NCBI GenBank assembly: GCA_028534125.1
Contig: CM052816.1
Location: 89,282,001-89,346,000, forward strand
Length of the DNA stretch: 64,000 nt
Direction of reading: 5' to 3'
DNA from: Lama glama
Taxonomy: Eukaryota
The notes under the pieces were generated by a model that saw only the letters and a list, made by a program, of their open reading frames with translations, searched no databases and was not told where the DNA came from. This document shows, one piece after another, positions 1 to 11,897 of this stretch; position 1 is the first letter of the stretch, and each line of letters opens with the position of its first letter. The position numbers and the translations under genes were made by a program.

Positions 1-169
1 ACCACTCATTTCAAATTGCCCTAAATTCATTTGCCTTTAAAACACCCTGTTGTATTTTCATTTTGTTTTTCTGCCATAGTGTATATTTTTACCTAAAACC
101 TATTTGTATATTTATTTACTTTTTATGAATAATACAATAATTAACCAATAAAACATTTACTTCTTAGTT

Positions 170-262
170 AATCAGTCATCTCCAGCATTAGAGCAGTGAC
201 TGGCCCATAATAGATGCTCAAAAAATCTTTGCTGAATGTTAACTAAGTGACTGATTAAGTGA
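170..262 (+). mobile_element. L2 3' end remnant
   Basis: tccagcattagagcagtgactggcccataatagatgctcaaaaaatctttgctgaatg resembles the L2 3' terminus. Confidence 0.6.
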
Positions 263-1011
263 GTTTAATAGTTGAAATCAATATTCTTAAGTGAATGGCT
301 TGAAACCCACAAGAAATGGTATCTTCTTCTAAAACTTCTTTAACTCTTTCAGATATAGACGATGCTGTTTTTCACCTCGACTCTTTTTTGCGTGTTATTC
401 ACACATTTTAAAAATACATTATCACTTTCTAGTTACCTCACAGGGTTCCTGTGAAAATCAAATGATGAAGAATATGAGAATGCACTTATACATTATAATG
501 TGCATACAATTCGTTCATAGCAATGTGGAATTTGTGTTATTTACATATGTTCTATTTCTCTCATCAGTCTCTGGTTACTTTATGGACTGCCTTCATTTCC
601 ATTTTTTAAATCTTGCTATCCTGCAAAACTGCAGTACAATACTTTCATATATTGGAATTTGATTTTAAAATTATTATTGTGTACAGAACAAAGAGGCAGC
701 AGATATGCCTGCAGTGTTGCATCCACAGTAGTTTGGTTCATATTGGCACCATTGACTGTATCATCAAACCATTTCAGAATTCAATTTTCATTGAAAGCCT
801 CAATTGTAGTTTAGATCATTTAGGCAGTTAATTTTACCTGTGTAACAGATTAAGTTTATGTTTATTATTAGATGATTCAGAAATTTATTTAAAGGATATT
901 TCTTCATGCCCTCTCTACTACAAGTATTTGAGAAATGACAGAGGATATACATCTTGTTTTTATGAAGTTCACATTCTAGATTAAGAAAACAAAAAAATGT
1001 GATAAAGTTTC

Positions 1012-1603
1012 TGTTTTTGTTTTTGTTTTTTTATTGAAGCATAATCACTTACAATGTGTCAATTTCCAGTGCACAGCATATTGTCCCAGTCATGCATATA
1101 TATACATATATTCATTTTTGTATTATTTTTCATTAAAGGTTTTACAAGATATTGAATATAGTTCCCTAGGTTATGCAGAGGAAATTTGTTTTTTTGTCTA
1201 TTTTTATATGTAGTGGTTAACATTTGCAAATCTCAAATTTATCATTTATCCCTTCCCATCCCCTTTCCCCCGATAACAAGAAGATTATTTACTATGTCTC
1301 TGAGTCTGTTTCTGTTTTGTAAATGAGTTCATTGGTGTCCTCTTTTTACTTTTCTTTTTCCATTTTTTTTTAAGATTCCACATATGAGTGATATCATATG
1401 GTATTTTTCTTTCTGTTTCTGGCTCACTTCACTTAGAATGGTGATGTCTAGGTCCATCCATGTTGCTGCAAATGGCATTGTGTTATTCAATTTTATCACT
1501 GAGTAGTATTCCATTGTGGAAATATACCACAACTTCTTTATCCAGTCATCTATTGATGGACATTTTGGTTGCTTTCGTGTCTTGGCTATTGTATACAGTG
1601 CTG
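1012..1603 (-). mobile_element. 5'-truncated L1 (3'UTR + ORF2 C-terminus)
   Basis: T-rich tail at left. Minus-strand translation TIAKTRKQPKCPSIDDWIKKLWY...PFAATWMDL...LSEVSQKQKEKYHMISLICG is the ORF2 C-terminus. Candidate TSD gataaagttt (1001) / gataaaattt (1604). Confidence 0.92.
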
Positions 1604-3401
1604 GATAAAATTTTATAGTACACAAAAAAAATACTGTTTACAATGTGTCATGTGTGTGGAGAAGAGTAAGCACCTGACTCGTGTAGGGTGGTGGGGATTG
1701 CAATCTGGGGAGGCTTAGAGTCAATTGTGCTTGTGTTTGAAGGGTGAGGATAAAAATTTTAAGGGCTAAGTTATTAGAGTACCCAAAGGTATGTGAGTGA
1801 GCATTGTGTGTTCAAATTACTATAATTATTAAGCATGTGGGGTATAGAGTTTTATAGGGGTATGGCTTATGATAAAATGTTCTCTTGATCTGTTAAGCAG
1901 TTTAAGCATAGGTTATGAAAATTGACAGATGGGTTATAATTAGAAAAGTTGTACAGATACTATGGTTGATGGCATGCAATAGGATAAAGGAACCCTGAGA
2001 ACCATTCAAGTTTGGAGATTATGAATCTCTGGTGACACCAGTGTACGGATCTGCTTGACTGTCTTCACCATGCAGATTACATTTTGAACATTGGGGTTAA
2101 AAATGTCACCTAGTAGGCTTACAGTGTGATGTAAGAATTGATGATTGTGACGATGGAAGGTGAATTTGAACCTGAATAGAAATACAAAGTTCTATTAAGT
2201 ATCGTAGCATTTGAACGTAAAGTTATGTATACGTATAAAAGCACCACACGTGCTTTTTCTTGTGTGGGAAATTTTATCACATTTTCTCATTAATTAAAAT
2301 TCAGAAGTGTGATATCTCATAGTTAAACAATGTTATAGCTCCTATAGATTTATATTTTCTAAGAAAACTCTCTGCAACAGTTTTAATTCAGAGTTGGTGT
2401 GACTCCATGTTTTACATGAAATTTTGGCATATATATGGTATGCTAAAAACATTAACATTTTATTTTCTTACAAATAAGAATCAAGATGTTATATATTATA
2501 TTCTAATTAAGCCAACAAGCTTCCGTTTAATTAAAGAAGCTGAAATATTCCCCAAAAGGGAGACTCATATTCCTACTTTTTATAAGGAAAGAGAAGACAG
2601 TTAACTGTGGAAATGTTTGAAGAAAATAGAGAAAAGGTAAATTCTTTCAATTCCATTGTAGGTTTACTATACCCACCATGAAGTATCTTTCCGGGTATGC
2701 ATCAATTTGAAACATTTGCATAGTTTCCTTCTAAAATGTTTGGTTTTTTAATGTATATTTTTCAAAACATGTGGGAAACTTTTTTTTTAATTACACATAT
2801 ACCATACATTATATGAATATAAAGCCAGAGTTCTAAGAAAAGGCACACAAGTATTAAATAGTCATTATCAAGACATTATGCAAGTACTCTGTCTTTTAAT
2901 ATTTAGCTTTAATGTCTTTCCAAAAAATATAAAGTCCAAATTATAATTAAAATACTTTGTTGTTATCTGGATCATAGGAAATAATTGTAATAATACATTA
3001 CAAGTGATGCATGTAGCATAAGAGTTCATGTAAAGAGCATGCTACTCTTACTTTTAGAGACATACTTTATTTTTCCAGCAGTGGTGGTAGATTTTAACTG
3101 AGCCATCAGGTACTTGACTGTGTCCATAACTTTGACTAATTCCTATAGAGCTTTCATGAGGTTATTAAACCTATTTTATGTATAAGAAAATTGGGCGAAG
3201 GGCACACGACTAATAAATGGGACACTCCAAACTGATACAAGCACAGTCTGGTTTTGTTTGTTCATTCAACTGAGTCTTGACCGTGTGCACCAGATTATGC
3301 TAATCATTCAAGACATAGAGACTGAAGTTATAACCTGGCAGGAGGTTATAGTCTTCTTTAGAAGGCAGACAAGGAAATGCATGCCATGTGATAAATATTA
3401 C

Positions 3402-3995
3402 TATAGGGGAAGAAAAACTATCTTTTACCTTTTAGGTTCTTGACTGGGCTCCCATATTGACACCAAGTAACAAGAAGAAAGCGTACACATTTATTTAATA
3501 TAAGTTTTATGTGACGTGGGATCCTCTGAAGGAAATTAAAACTGGAAGAAGCAGTTTGAGCCAGGCACTTTAAAAAAAAACATTATTGAAGTGTAGTTGA
3601 TTTACAGTGTTAGTTTCAGGTGTACAGCAAAGTGATTCAATTGTACATACAGAAGATCCAGACACTTCTACATTGAGGTGGACAAAGAGTAGTAAGTTAC
3701 GAAAAAATGACAAGGCAAAGGGGCTTGAGTGACTTAATCAGGTAGAGAAGTAACTAGAAAAATAGGAGTTAAGTAAGGTTTCTTTGTGCAGATTTCTCTG
3801 TCTTGACTTCCCATCCTTGGTGATAAGAATGTTTCTTTCTAGAGTAAGGAGGCCATCTCTTGCGTGGAAGTTTTATCTCCCACTTTTAGGAAGGTCAGAG
3901 TGCCCTTCTAGAATCTGATGTTTTTTCAAGTGCCTTTAACTTAATCTGTATGCCAGAGTGGTGTATTTTGGGGCAGCGTGTTCTGAACTCCTTCA
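3402..3995 (-). mobile_element. Solo LTR, ERV1 class (MER34-like)
   Basis: Minus strand begins TGAAGGAGTTCAGAACACGCTGCCCCAAAATACACCACTCTGGCATA and ends ...TTCTTCCCCTATA. 4-bp flanks ttac/tgac. Confidence 0.75.
3571..3654 (-). mobile_element. Very short L1 3'-terminal insertion inside the LTR
   Basis: ttattgaagtgtagttgatttacagtgttagtttcaggtgtacagcaaagtgattca matches the L1 end at ~29640. Flanked by gagccaggcactt (3558-3570) / gatccagacactt (3655-3667). Confidence 0.8.
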
Positions 3996-4433
3996 TGACA
4001 GTAGGGAAGACGGGGACCTTGGGAACAGAGTAATGGTGTGTGAAAACTCACTTGGGGAACTGGTGATTCACTGGTTATCAAAGCAGAATAATGGGCTTTT
4101 CACTCAGAAGAAACAGCTTATACAGACACATAAGGACTAGCAAGAGCACAGCATAGTTGGGAGACCGCGAGGGTGATGCAGTACGAGTGGGTCACGGGGT
4201 TTCCAGGGCGGATACTAAGGATGAGAGGGGAAGTGGAAAGGCGCCAAATGTTGAAAAGCCATAAACTTCATGTGAGAGTTTTTTATTCTATTCTGCAGAT
4301 GAAGCAAAGACATGAAGGAATTTCAAGCAGTGAGGGAGGAGACAGATGACAGTTAGAGGGTAGATTTCAAAGGGAGGGGCACTGAGGGAGACCTTTGGAC
4401 AAGCATCACCCCTTCTGTCTTCATTGTGTAGTG

Positions 4434-4435
<2 letters not shown>

Positions 4436-4470
<35 letters not shown>
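4436..4470. repeat. (GT)n microsatellite
   Basis: About 17 uninterrupted GT units. Confidence 0.95.
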
Positions 4471-4472
<2 letters not shown>

Positions 4473-4749
4473 GGGGGGAGACACAGGTATGGTATAAGAT
4501 ATGGCTTTTGACTTAAGGGGAAAAAGAGAGAAAAGAAAGGCCTGTACATTTTCATATTTATGATAAAAGCTGCAGAGAAGATTGTCACCAAAAATGAGTT
4601 GTCTGGAATTCAGAATAGACACTCATCCATCATCTCGTCGTGTTTTATTCTGATCTTCCTTTCCTTTCTTCCCTTCCTCTGCACTTTATTTCCTGGAACC
4701 CTCTTTCAAATCAAAAGCCATGGAGAAATATACTGTTTCAGCTCAATGG

Positions 4750-5210
4750 TTGTTAAATTAGGGTTACGGTCAACTCAGAGTAACAGATACATGAAACAGC
4801 TGTGGCTTTACAAGAACTGAAATATTTTCTCTCTTAACTGAGCTCAGGGGAAGGCAGTCCAGGGCTCACACGCAGCTCTGCTCTACAGTGTTCTCTGGGA
4901 TAAAGATGCTTGGTTCCGCTGTCTCCAGGCTATGACTCTCATTCTCATGGTCCAAAAGGGAGCTCCAGCCATCACATTCAGGATTCTAGTGGCTAGATGA
5001 GGGGAGGGGAAAGAATAGATCAGACACATGCCAACAGTCTTCCAGGGAAATTTCCTGGAAAGTTAACAGTACTTCTGCTTATATTCCATTGGCTAGAATT
5101 TAGGAATGGGGCATACTCAGCCACAAGTGAGGCCAGGAAGTGTACTCTTTATTCTGGGAAAGTGGGGTACAGAGACTTATGTTTAATATAAGACAGTGAG
5201 GCCACTAAGG
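4750..5210 (-). mobile_element. Old MaLR LTR (MLT1K/L-like)
   Basis: Motifs such as ctccagccatcacattc and cttctgcttatattccattggctagaatttag resemble antisense MLT1. Confidence 0.6.
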
Positions 5211-6149
5211 ACTCTTTTAGTGTTTTCAAAAATATTTTAAATCAAACCAAATAATTATTTTAAAATTAATTTTATAAAATTCTATCATGTGAAATACACA
5301 CACACACACACAACAAGAACATAAAACACAAAAATAGTGCGAAAGGTGCAAATACTTCTGGAAGACGTGAAGAAATTCAAAATCTACATCACTCTGACAG
5401 ATACGGGTGGGGAAACATTGCACCTGATACCATCATTTTCTTCTTCTATTTTCATTTTCTAAAGTTTTGAATAATGGCCACTAGACCTTGTGAAGATTAG
5501 AATCAGCAACATGAAAACTGGGAGTAATTCTCTGGTATTAGCTGTTGTAGCCAAATAAAACAATATTGTGAATGTTATCGTATGTATGCGTGTACTTTCA
5601 GGACATGGCCCTTCCTACTTATATGTGTAATTTCAAGAATATATGAACTATTAAAACAAAGCTCAACTCCATGTAAGCATGTTTGCACTAATTTAAAAAT
5701 AATGGAGTACATATTAGATGGTGGAATACTGATAATAAGAATGGTCTCTGTTTTCTTTCCATAAAGATATAATTTTAGCCAACACAGTAGGAATGTTCAT
5801 ATACACATTTTGATCTACATATATATATATAGTGAATAAAGTATTACTCATAATGACATACAGTATATGCCTTTGCAAAGTTTACTTATGCAAATTTGGC
5901 TTAATATTTCAATGGCTTCCTTAATTTCCACTGTGCTAAAACAAATTCAGTAAGAAAGCAGAATTTTATTGATGAAACGTAACTTTGTTATCCATTACTT
6001 ATACGTCTTTGATTGTGACAGGCTTTTGAGTAAAAAAACAAAGTATAATGTTAACAACATCAAAGCATGCTTTTAAAAAGTTTTTTGTTTTGTTTTGTTT
6101 TTTTTTAGTAACACATTCTTACAGTTAAATGTTCCAAGTTGAAACAGTT

Positions 6150-6435
6150 TCTCATTTATTTATCCCTTCATTCAACAAATAATTACTAACGGGCTACAAT
6201 ATGAAGGCACTTAACCAGCCACTACAGGAGATGGAAAATAAGACATGGTGTGAGAACTCTAAAAAAATATCTGACACAAAAGGCGAAAATAAGTAGCACC
6301 TATATTAAAAAATCAGAATGCTGGTGTGCAACGATAAGAAAGAATTAGATGTTACAGTACTTCTGAGGAGCAAGCAATTACATTGACTGTGACACCCAGA
6401 CTTTCAAGTGAAGAGTTTGAGATTTGACCTTACAT
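6150..6435 (-). mobile_element. L2 3' remnant
   Basis: ttcattcaacaaataattactaacgggctacaatatgaaggcac resembles the antisense L2 3' end. Confidence 0.6.
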
Positions 6436-6454
6436 TTCAAGCTAGTAAGTCAGG

Positions 6455-6880
6455 TTGCTGCAGTTTTATAGATGCTGGCAGAAGACACAAAACTCTGGAT
6501 CAGGGACAAAAGATTTTATTATTCATTGCACCGCGGGCAGCCTCAGTTTCCTTTGCTCCTCACTTCCCATGGCGAACATGAAGCAGCCCAGGTGTATGCT
6601 GCACACGTAGTATTTTTGGGTCCCAGCTTAGGAACCGTGAATTTTGGAGTCTGCTAGCACACCTCTCCAACCTTTTCCCTGGAAAAAAGACATTATCTTT
6701 ATAATCCAGTCAGAAAGCAAATCTACCCTCTTCCTCAAAAGGAGATTCTACCTCTTTCTTCTAAAGCTGTTTGTCATACAAACATGCTTGAAAAGGTAGC
6801 ATGAAAAAAGCTGTCAGTACCTCTCACTCAGAAGATGTGCAGAAACACAAAAGGCACAAAGAGAATTGTCTTCCTAAACA
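6455..6880 (-). mobile_element. Solo LTR, ERVL class (LTR40-like)
   Basis: gatgctggcagaagacacaaaactctggatcagggacaaaagattttatt at one end and gatgtgcagaaac...gagaattgtcttcctaaaca at the other, resembling a recalled ERVL LTR consensus. Confidence 0.6.
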
Positions 6881-8505
6881 GAAACCTCTGTAAAGAAACA
6901 CCCTTTAGCCCAGGCCTCAGAAGATAGGTTTTCTTAAATGGAGTTTGGAGAGTAAGGCTCTTAAGGCAAACAAAGTTGAATGAGCCACGCCAGGAAGTGA
7001 TGCCTGCAAGTACATGTGTAGTGTTTTTATCGCCATCTCTGTGAAATTTAATATTTCCAACAGAAAAACACTATGTAAAAGTTAATACGTCTTTATTTAT
7101 TTGTTGTTTAGATATTTTATTATAAAGAGTCACATTTTAATATAATTTAAAATATATTACATTTTATATATTATTTTTAAATGTATAATAAATATGTATG
7201 TTTTAAGTAAATGCAATTGATTTTGTTCAAATCTTTGGACTATGAAAATATTCTGAATTAGTCAGATTGAAATAGAAAATATTGATTTGAGAGTCAACCT
7301 GAAAATAAAACTTACAACAAATTTAGGTGAAGCAGTTTATGAGTATTTGCATTTTGACGGTAAGCAAGAGCTATTTCATCTAATTGACACTGATGGAGAA
7401 GAGTAAAATTAATTATTAATCAGATAAATTTCACTTTCAATTAAGAGAGAATAAAATACCAATAGAGAAAATAGTAAAATTGAAATTAGAGGACAGGAAG
7501 ATAAAATAAAAATTCTGAAGCCAATATCATAGGAAATTGAGTAAGAATTAGATTTAGAACCAGAGAGTGATACTGATTTTATTTATCACTGAATTTGAAA
7601 GTGATGGACATCCTAGTTCCAGGGTTAGGTATATACCTGTGAATGCATCTTACCAGCAATAGGTGTTATACCTGCCAACACCAACCCAAAAAATTAATTT
7701 TAGGTTTTAGAACACAACATCCTGATGGTAGGTATGTAGATAAGAAAATACATGGACACATACATACCTATCTGCACATAAACACACATACACACATACA
7801 TGCAGATAGATAGTAGTAAATATTTTTATTGAACTGAAAAATGGCTTTTCTTCTGTATTTATGACTTTAACTTTATATAAGTATTCCAGAATTCAAACAT
7901 AAGATACATTTTCTTATATTTGAATCTACCTGACAGTATGATAGATTTTCATAATTGATCATGGAAAAATGAAGTTACATCATTTTCAGGATGAGTCACC
8001 CTCTCATGAAAGATAAACTTCTCATCCAGTGGGTTTACAGTTCTGGCAGTTGGGAAGACCCACTTCTGTGTGGACATCATGCTACCCTTAACATGTATTT
8101 TTCCACACAAGATGTCCTTACATATCTAAAATGAAAGTAATTCCAAAAATATGAACTTCCCATTATAGTTTATCTCCTTTTGACGTTTTCTATTTAAGTT
8201 AATCTTGCTCTATGCAAAGTCAGATAAATTCTTACCGATAATATATAATGCTAAAGTTTAGAAGTTGGTAGCAATTACAATTCTAGGCTTTTTGAACATG
8301 TGAAATAATATCTTACATAACCCCACACATACGGAGCATGGAAAGATAAATTCATGAAATAAAATTGGCAGACTATGTTTTACAAAGACATTTTCAAAAC
8401 AAGAGAAAAGAGAAAAGGAATCTTCTTTCTTAAAAAAAGCAAACAGAAGGCATTCCCTAGACTTCATTAGATTCCCAGGTTTACAAATTAAGAGTGAATC
8501 GGTAA

Positions 8506-8645
8506 GAACTTATCTACAAAACAGAAACAGACTCACAGACATAGAGAACAAACTTACAGTTACCAGGGGATAAAAGGGGTAGGGAGGGATAAATTGGGAA
8601 TTCAAAATTTGCACCTCTTGGAGAGTGATGGAAATGTTAGCTATC
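8506..8645 (+). mobile_element. Short L1 3'UTR fragment
   Basis: 8506-8613 is the reverse-complement homologue of ~1222-1330 (acagaaacagactcacagacatag...gggataaat...tttgca). Confidence 0.8.
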
Positions 8646-8693
<48 letters not shown>

Positions 8694-8758
8694 GAGGAAG
8701 GGAGGAAGGGAGGAAGGGAGGAAGGAAAAAGAAAAGAAAAGAAAAGAAAAGAAACAAA
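8646..8758. repeat. Compound (GAAA)n/(GGAA)n/(GAAAA)n polypurine microsatellite
   Basis: Read directly; its position suggests it derives from the L1 A-tail. Confidence 0.92.
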
Positions 8759-11413
8759 ATTCAGTCAAAGGCTCAAGTTACAAGCAATACATTTGGAGTA
8801 AATGTGACGATATTATTGAATCTTAATACATCTCTCCATCATCTGCTCCAGGGTGCAGGAGCCTACAATTAACATGCACATGTCACTGGTGCAATTTCTA
8901 AGGTTAGAATGTTAGAAGGAATTATCACTGGTTTGAGGTGAAATTCAGGGCTCTGTTTATCAGAATTAATATATGGGAGTGTTCTAGGAAGGCAGGAAGA
9001 GTGTTTGAATGCTACTTAGTCAAAAAACAGTGAATGTCCACAATATATTTCTATTGTGTTATTCTCAACCAGTGGTTTATTTTATTATTATTTTCATGTT
9101 AATTCTTTCTAATCATCTATACAGGGATGGATTTCTTTAAATAGAGCAGTTTTCACATTTGGATTTCTGTCCTCTCATTCTATAGTAAATGAAATTACTT
9201 GCAAGTGTACAGTAGTGATATTTACATTTAGTCCTTCATTCCATGGAGCCTACTTACCAATTTTGATAATTGTCATAATGGAGATTCATGAACATACAAT
9301 GCATCGGTAGAATAAATTGCATTTAGGTATTTTTGCGATACTGCACAAGATCATTATTGTAAAGAAAGCGGTCTACATACCTGTAATGCATTACAAAGGC
9401 CACTTTCTTCACCTTCTACTCATGAATTATGCTTTGTTAAACAACTTGACATGAAGGGCAAAGATTTTTTTCATTTAAAAATCACACCAAATGGTGGGAA
9501 GGTATTAAGATAACAACATCTTCTATATATCCATCAACTTGACTTCTAAGAAGAAAGTCTATTTAAAGACTTTTTTTTAATTGAAATCTGTGACTTGAAA
9601 GTTAGGAATCTTTTGATTAAAAGAGAAGAAACTTTAAAAAAAAATCCAAATAATTTATTATACTGGAAAGAATGTTAAAAGCAATTATTCAGTCACACAT
9701 TTTAGTAAATGAGAAAATTGAGACTCAAAAATAGATGTTTCACCTAAGTGCATATTGTAAATAAATTGCCAAAAAAAGAAAGAAATCTCTATTTTCTTTC
9801 TATTGCTATTACCATGTTAGATCTAGAACGGTATTGTTCTTTTTTGTGTTAGATGAGTTTTTGATTCATTGTTAGTTTAAATCAATCAAAAGTGGATCTT
9901 TGCTTTCAAATAATATTATAAATTTCTATTTCTATTTGCCAGGTCATTAAAATGAAAATCCATTTCAAATCTGACATAATTTTTGCACAACTGGTGAAGA
10001 AAGAATTATTATTAATCCTAATTTATGAGGAGCGATACTGATAGAGAAAAGCTCCTTATTCTGGGTCTTGTGATTTTTTTTATCCCCTGCTTAGTATGAA
10101 CATGTTTCTCTGTTGAATAAAAAAATTTATAGTGTGACTGATTATATTCAGTTTTTAAAATAATTTATATTGGCATTTCAACATCTTGTAATTCATTTAG
10201 ATCTACAATTTGGTTTGTGCTGATTTACAGGGATGAATTTTATGGAATGAGAAAGTGATTCATCTAATTTTTTTTACTAGATGGAGCAGCTATAATCTTG
10301 AATCAATATAATTTTTCCAAAATTATAAATTGAAACACGCATATATTAAAATACAGCACAACTTGCTATATGGTTTTATGTGATTTCAATAAGCTCATAA
10401 TTTCACTCAACATTTTCTCTCTCAAATCCTGTCTTTGTCTTCCAGAAATGTGTTTCAAGCTCTGCTTTATAAAATCTAAGTCCAAGTCCCCAGCATTTTT
10501 TATTTTCAAAGTATTTTCCTCTCTGTTCTTTTTGCTATCATCCTTTTCTTCCTTATACCTTTGTTTGCAAAGCTGCTGGAATTCTGTGCAGTGTCATTCC
10601 CAAGGTGAATCTGTCTTGCCTAGAGGTGAGGACCACATCCTAGAGCAGTACCTGCAGTCCTATTAAAATCCATGGAGACCATGATTTAGTCCATTAATAT
10701 TCTTACTCTTGTTCACTTGTGCCAATCTGATCCCCAAGCGTCGAGTAACTTTCAGTTGCATACATTTTTTCAGCCATCCTCTCTCCTGTTATTTTTTTTC
10801 TTCTGTTTTACTCACTAACTAATTTAAGTAGCTATTTGGTTGCCGTGATGATTTGTGAAAAATGTTCAACCCTTCAAATGTTGAAGTTCAGAGAGTCATA
10901 TGTAGTAGGTAATTGATGTGCAGTATGTGTGGTAAATTTGTATCACGTCTAATGAAAACAGAATAAACACAAAAACAAACGGGAAGTTTGCACTTAGCCT
11001 GGAGTCCCTAATAGATCACATTGTGAGAGCTTCATACTAGCTCAGGCACGGGCACATACTCATGGTCAATGTTTGAGCATTTCACCACTCCCCAAGGCTG
11101 CATTTCTGCTGTTTCAAAGATATATATATATATTTATATCATAAATAGATATCATCATAAATATGTATATTTATATCAGTTTTATATAGAATTGAGAATT
11201 AGCAATACAGATAGGTAGGTCCATGTGTGTGCAGTGTGCAGGCTTACACAAAACTCTGTGTGTGTTATGTTTGTGTTTATTTCCAAAAGAATCAGCATGT
11301 ATATATTCTTTGCCTGTCAGCATCTTGCTGCAAAACAGTATAATTTGCATCCAGAGCAAATACTTAAAACTTCCATGCTTTGTAATGTATATAATTTTCT
11401 CTCTTTCCATTAG

Positions 11414-11669
11414 GTAGAAAATGGTTGCCCCTGTTCGCCAACTGTGAAGACTTAGAATCGGCCAGCTACCGCTTTGACTCTCCCAGTGTTTCAGGATGTA
11501 AATGTAGTCTGACTTTTCCCTGATGGGCAGTTAAATCATGGACACGCTAAACAATTTACTTTGGACTGTCCTTCTAAAAGATGCTCTGGCTTCTCTCTTG
11601 AATGCTTACTAAGCATTTGGAGCTGTCAAGGAAAGGCAAGAAAACCGTGAACTGGAAAGTTATCTTACA
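11414..11669 (+). other. CDH18: 5'UTR part of the CDH18 start-codon exon
   Basis: Polypyrimidine tract and acceptor ttttctctctttccattag (AG at 11412-11413), followed by 256 nt of non-repetitive sequence up to the ATG at 11670. Confidence 0.8.
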
Positions 11670-11673
11670 ATGA
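11421..11673 (+). promoter_or_regulatory. Array of seven upstream ATGs/uORFs in the CDH18 leader
   Basis: ATGs read directly at 11421, 11496, 11502, 11523, 11538, 11581 and 11602. Function is inferred. Confidence 0.7.
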
Positions 11674-11897
11674 AAGTTACGAGCACATCTTGCATCTGTC
11701 CAGTCCTAGTGTGTCTCTGTTTTGTGCAGAGGTGTTATGGAACTGCTCACCACAGCTCCATCAAGGCGACCAGAAACCAAACCAAACACATTGAAGGTGA
11801 AACCGAAGTCCACCACCGTCCCAAAAGGGGATGGGTTTGGAATCAGTTCTTTGTTTTAGAAGAACATATGGGACCAGATCCACAATATGTTGGAAAA
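11670..11897 (+). CDS. CDH18: Cadherin-18 (type II classical cadherin), first coding exon, codons 1-76
   Basis: Translates to [28 protein letters not shown]...[29 protein letters not shown]. This has a signal peptide, an R-x-K-R furin-type site and the GWVWNQF mature N-terminus of type II cadherins, and closely matches the recalled human CDH18 N-terminus. Ends in phase 0 at donor AAA|GTAAGT (11898-11903). The next coding exon was not found in the window. Confidence 0.95.

Larger units (their letters stand above)
3255..4350 (-). mobile_element. L2 remnant interrupted by an LTR (3402-3995)
   Basis: Begins ttgttcattcaactgag (L2 3' end, antisense); purine-rich L2-like sequence resumes after 3996. 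Confidence 0.55.

Noticed and set aside
8594..8872. Lys/Arg/Glu-rich ORF
   Set aside because: Translation of the GAAA/GGAA microsatellite.
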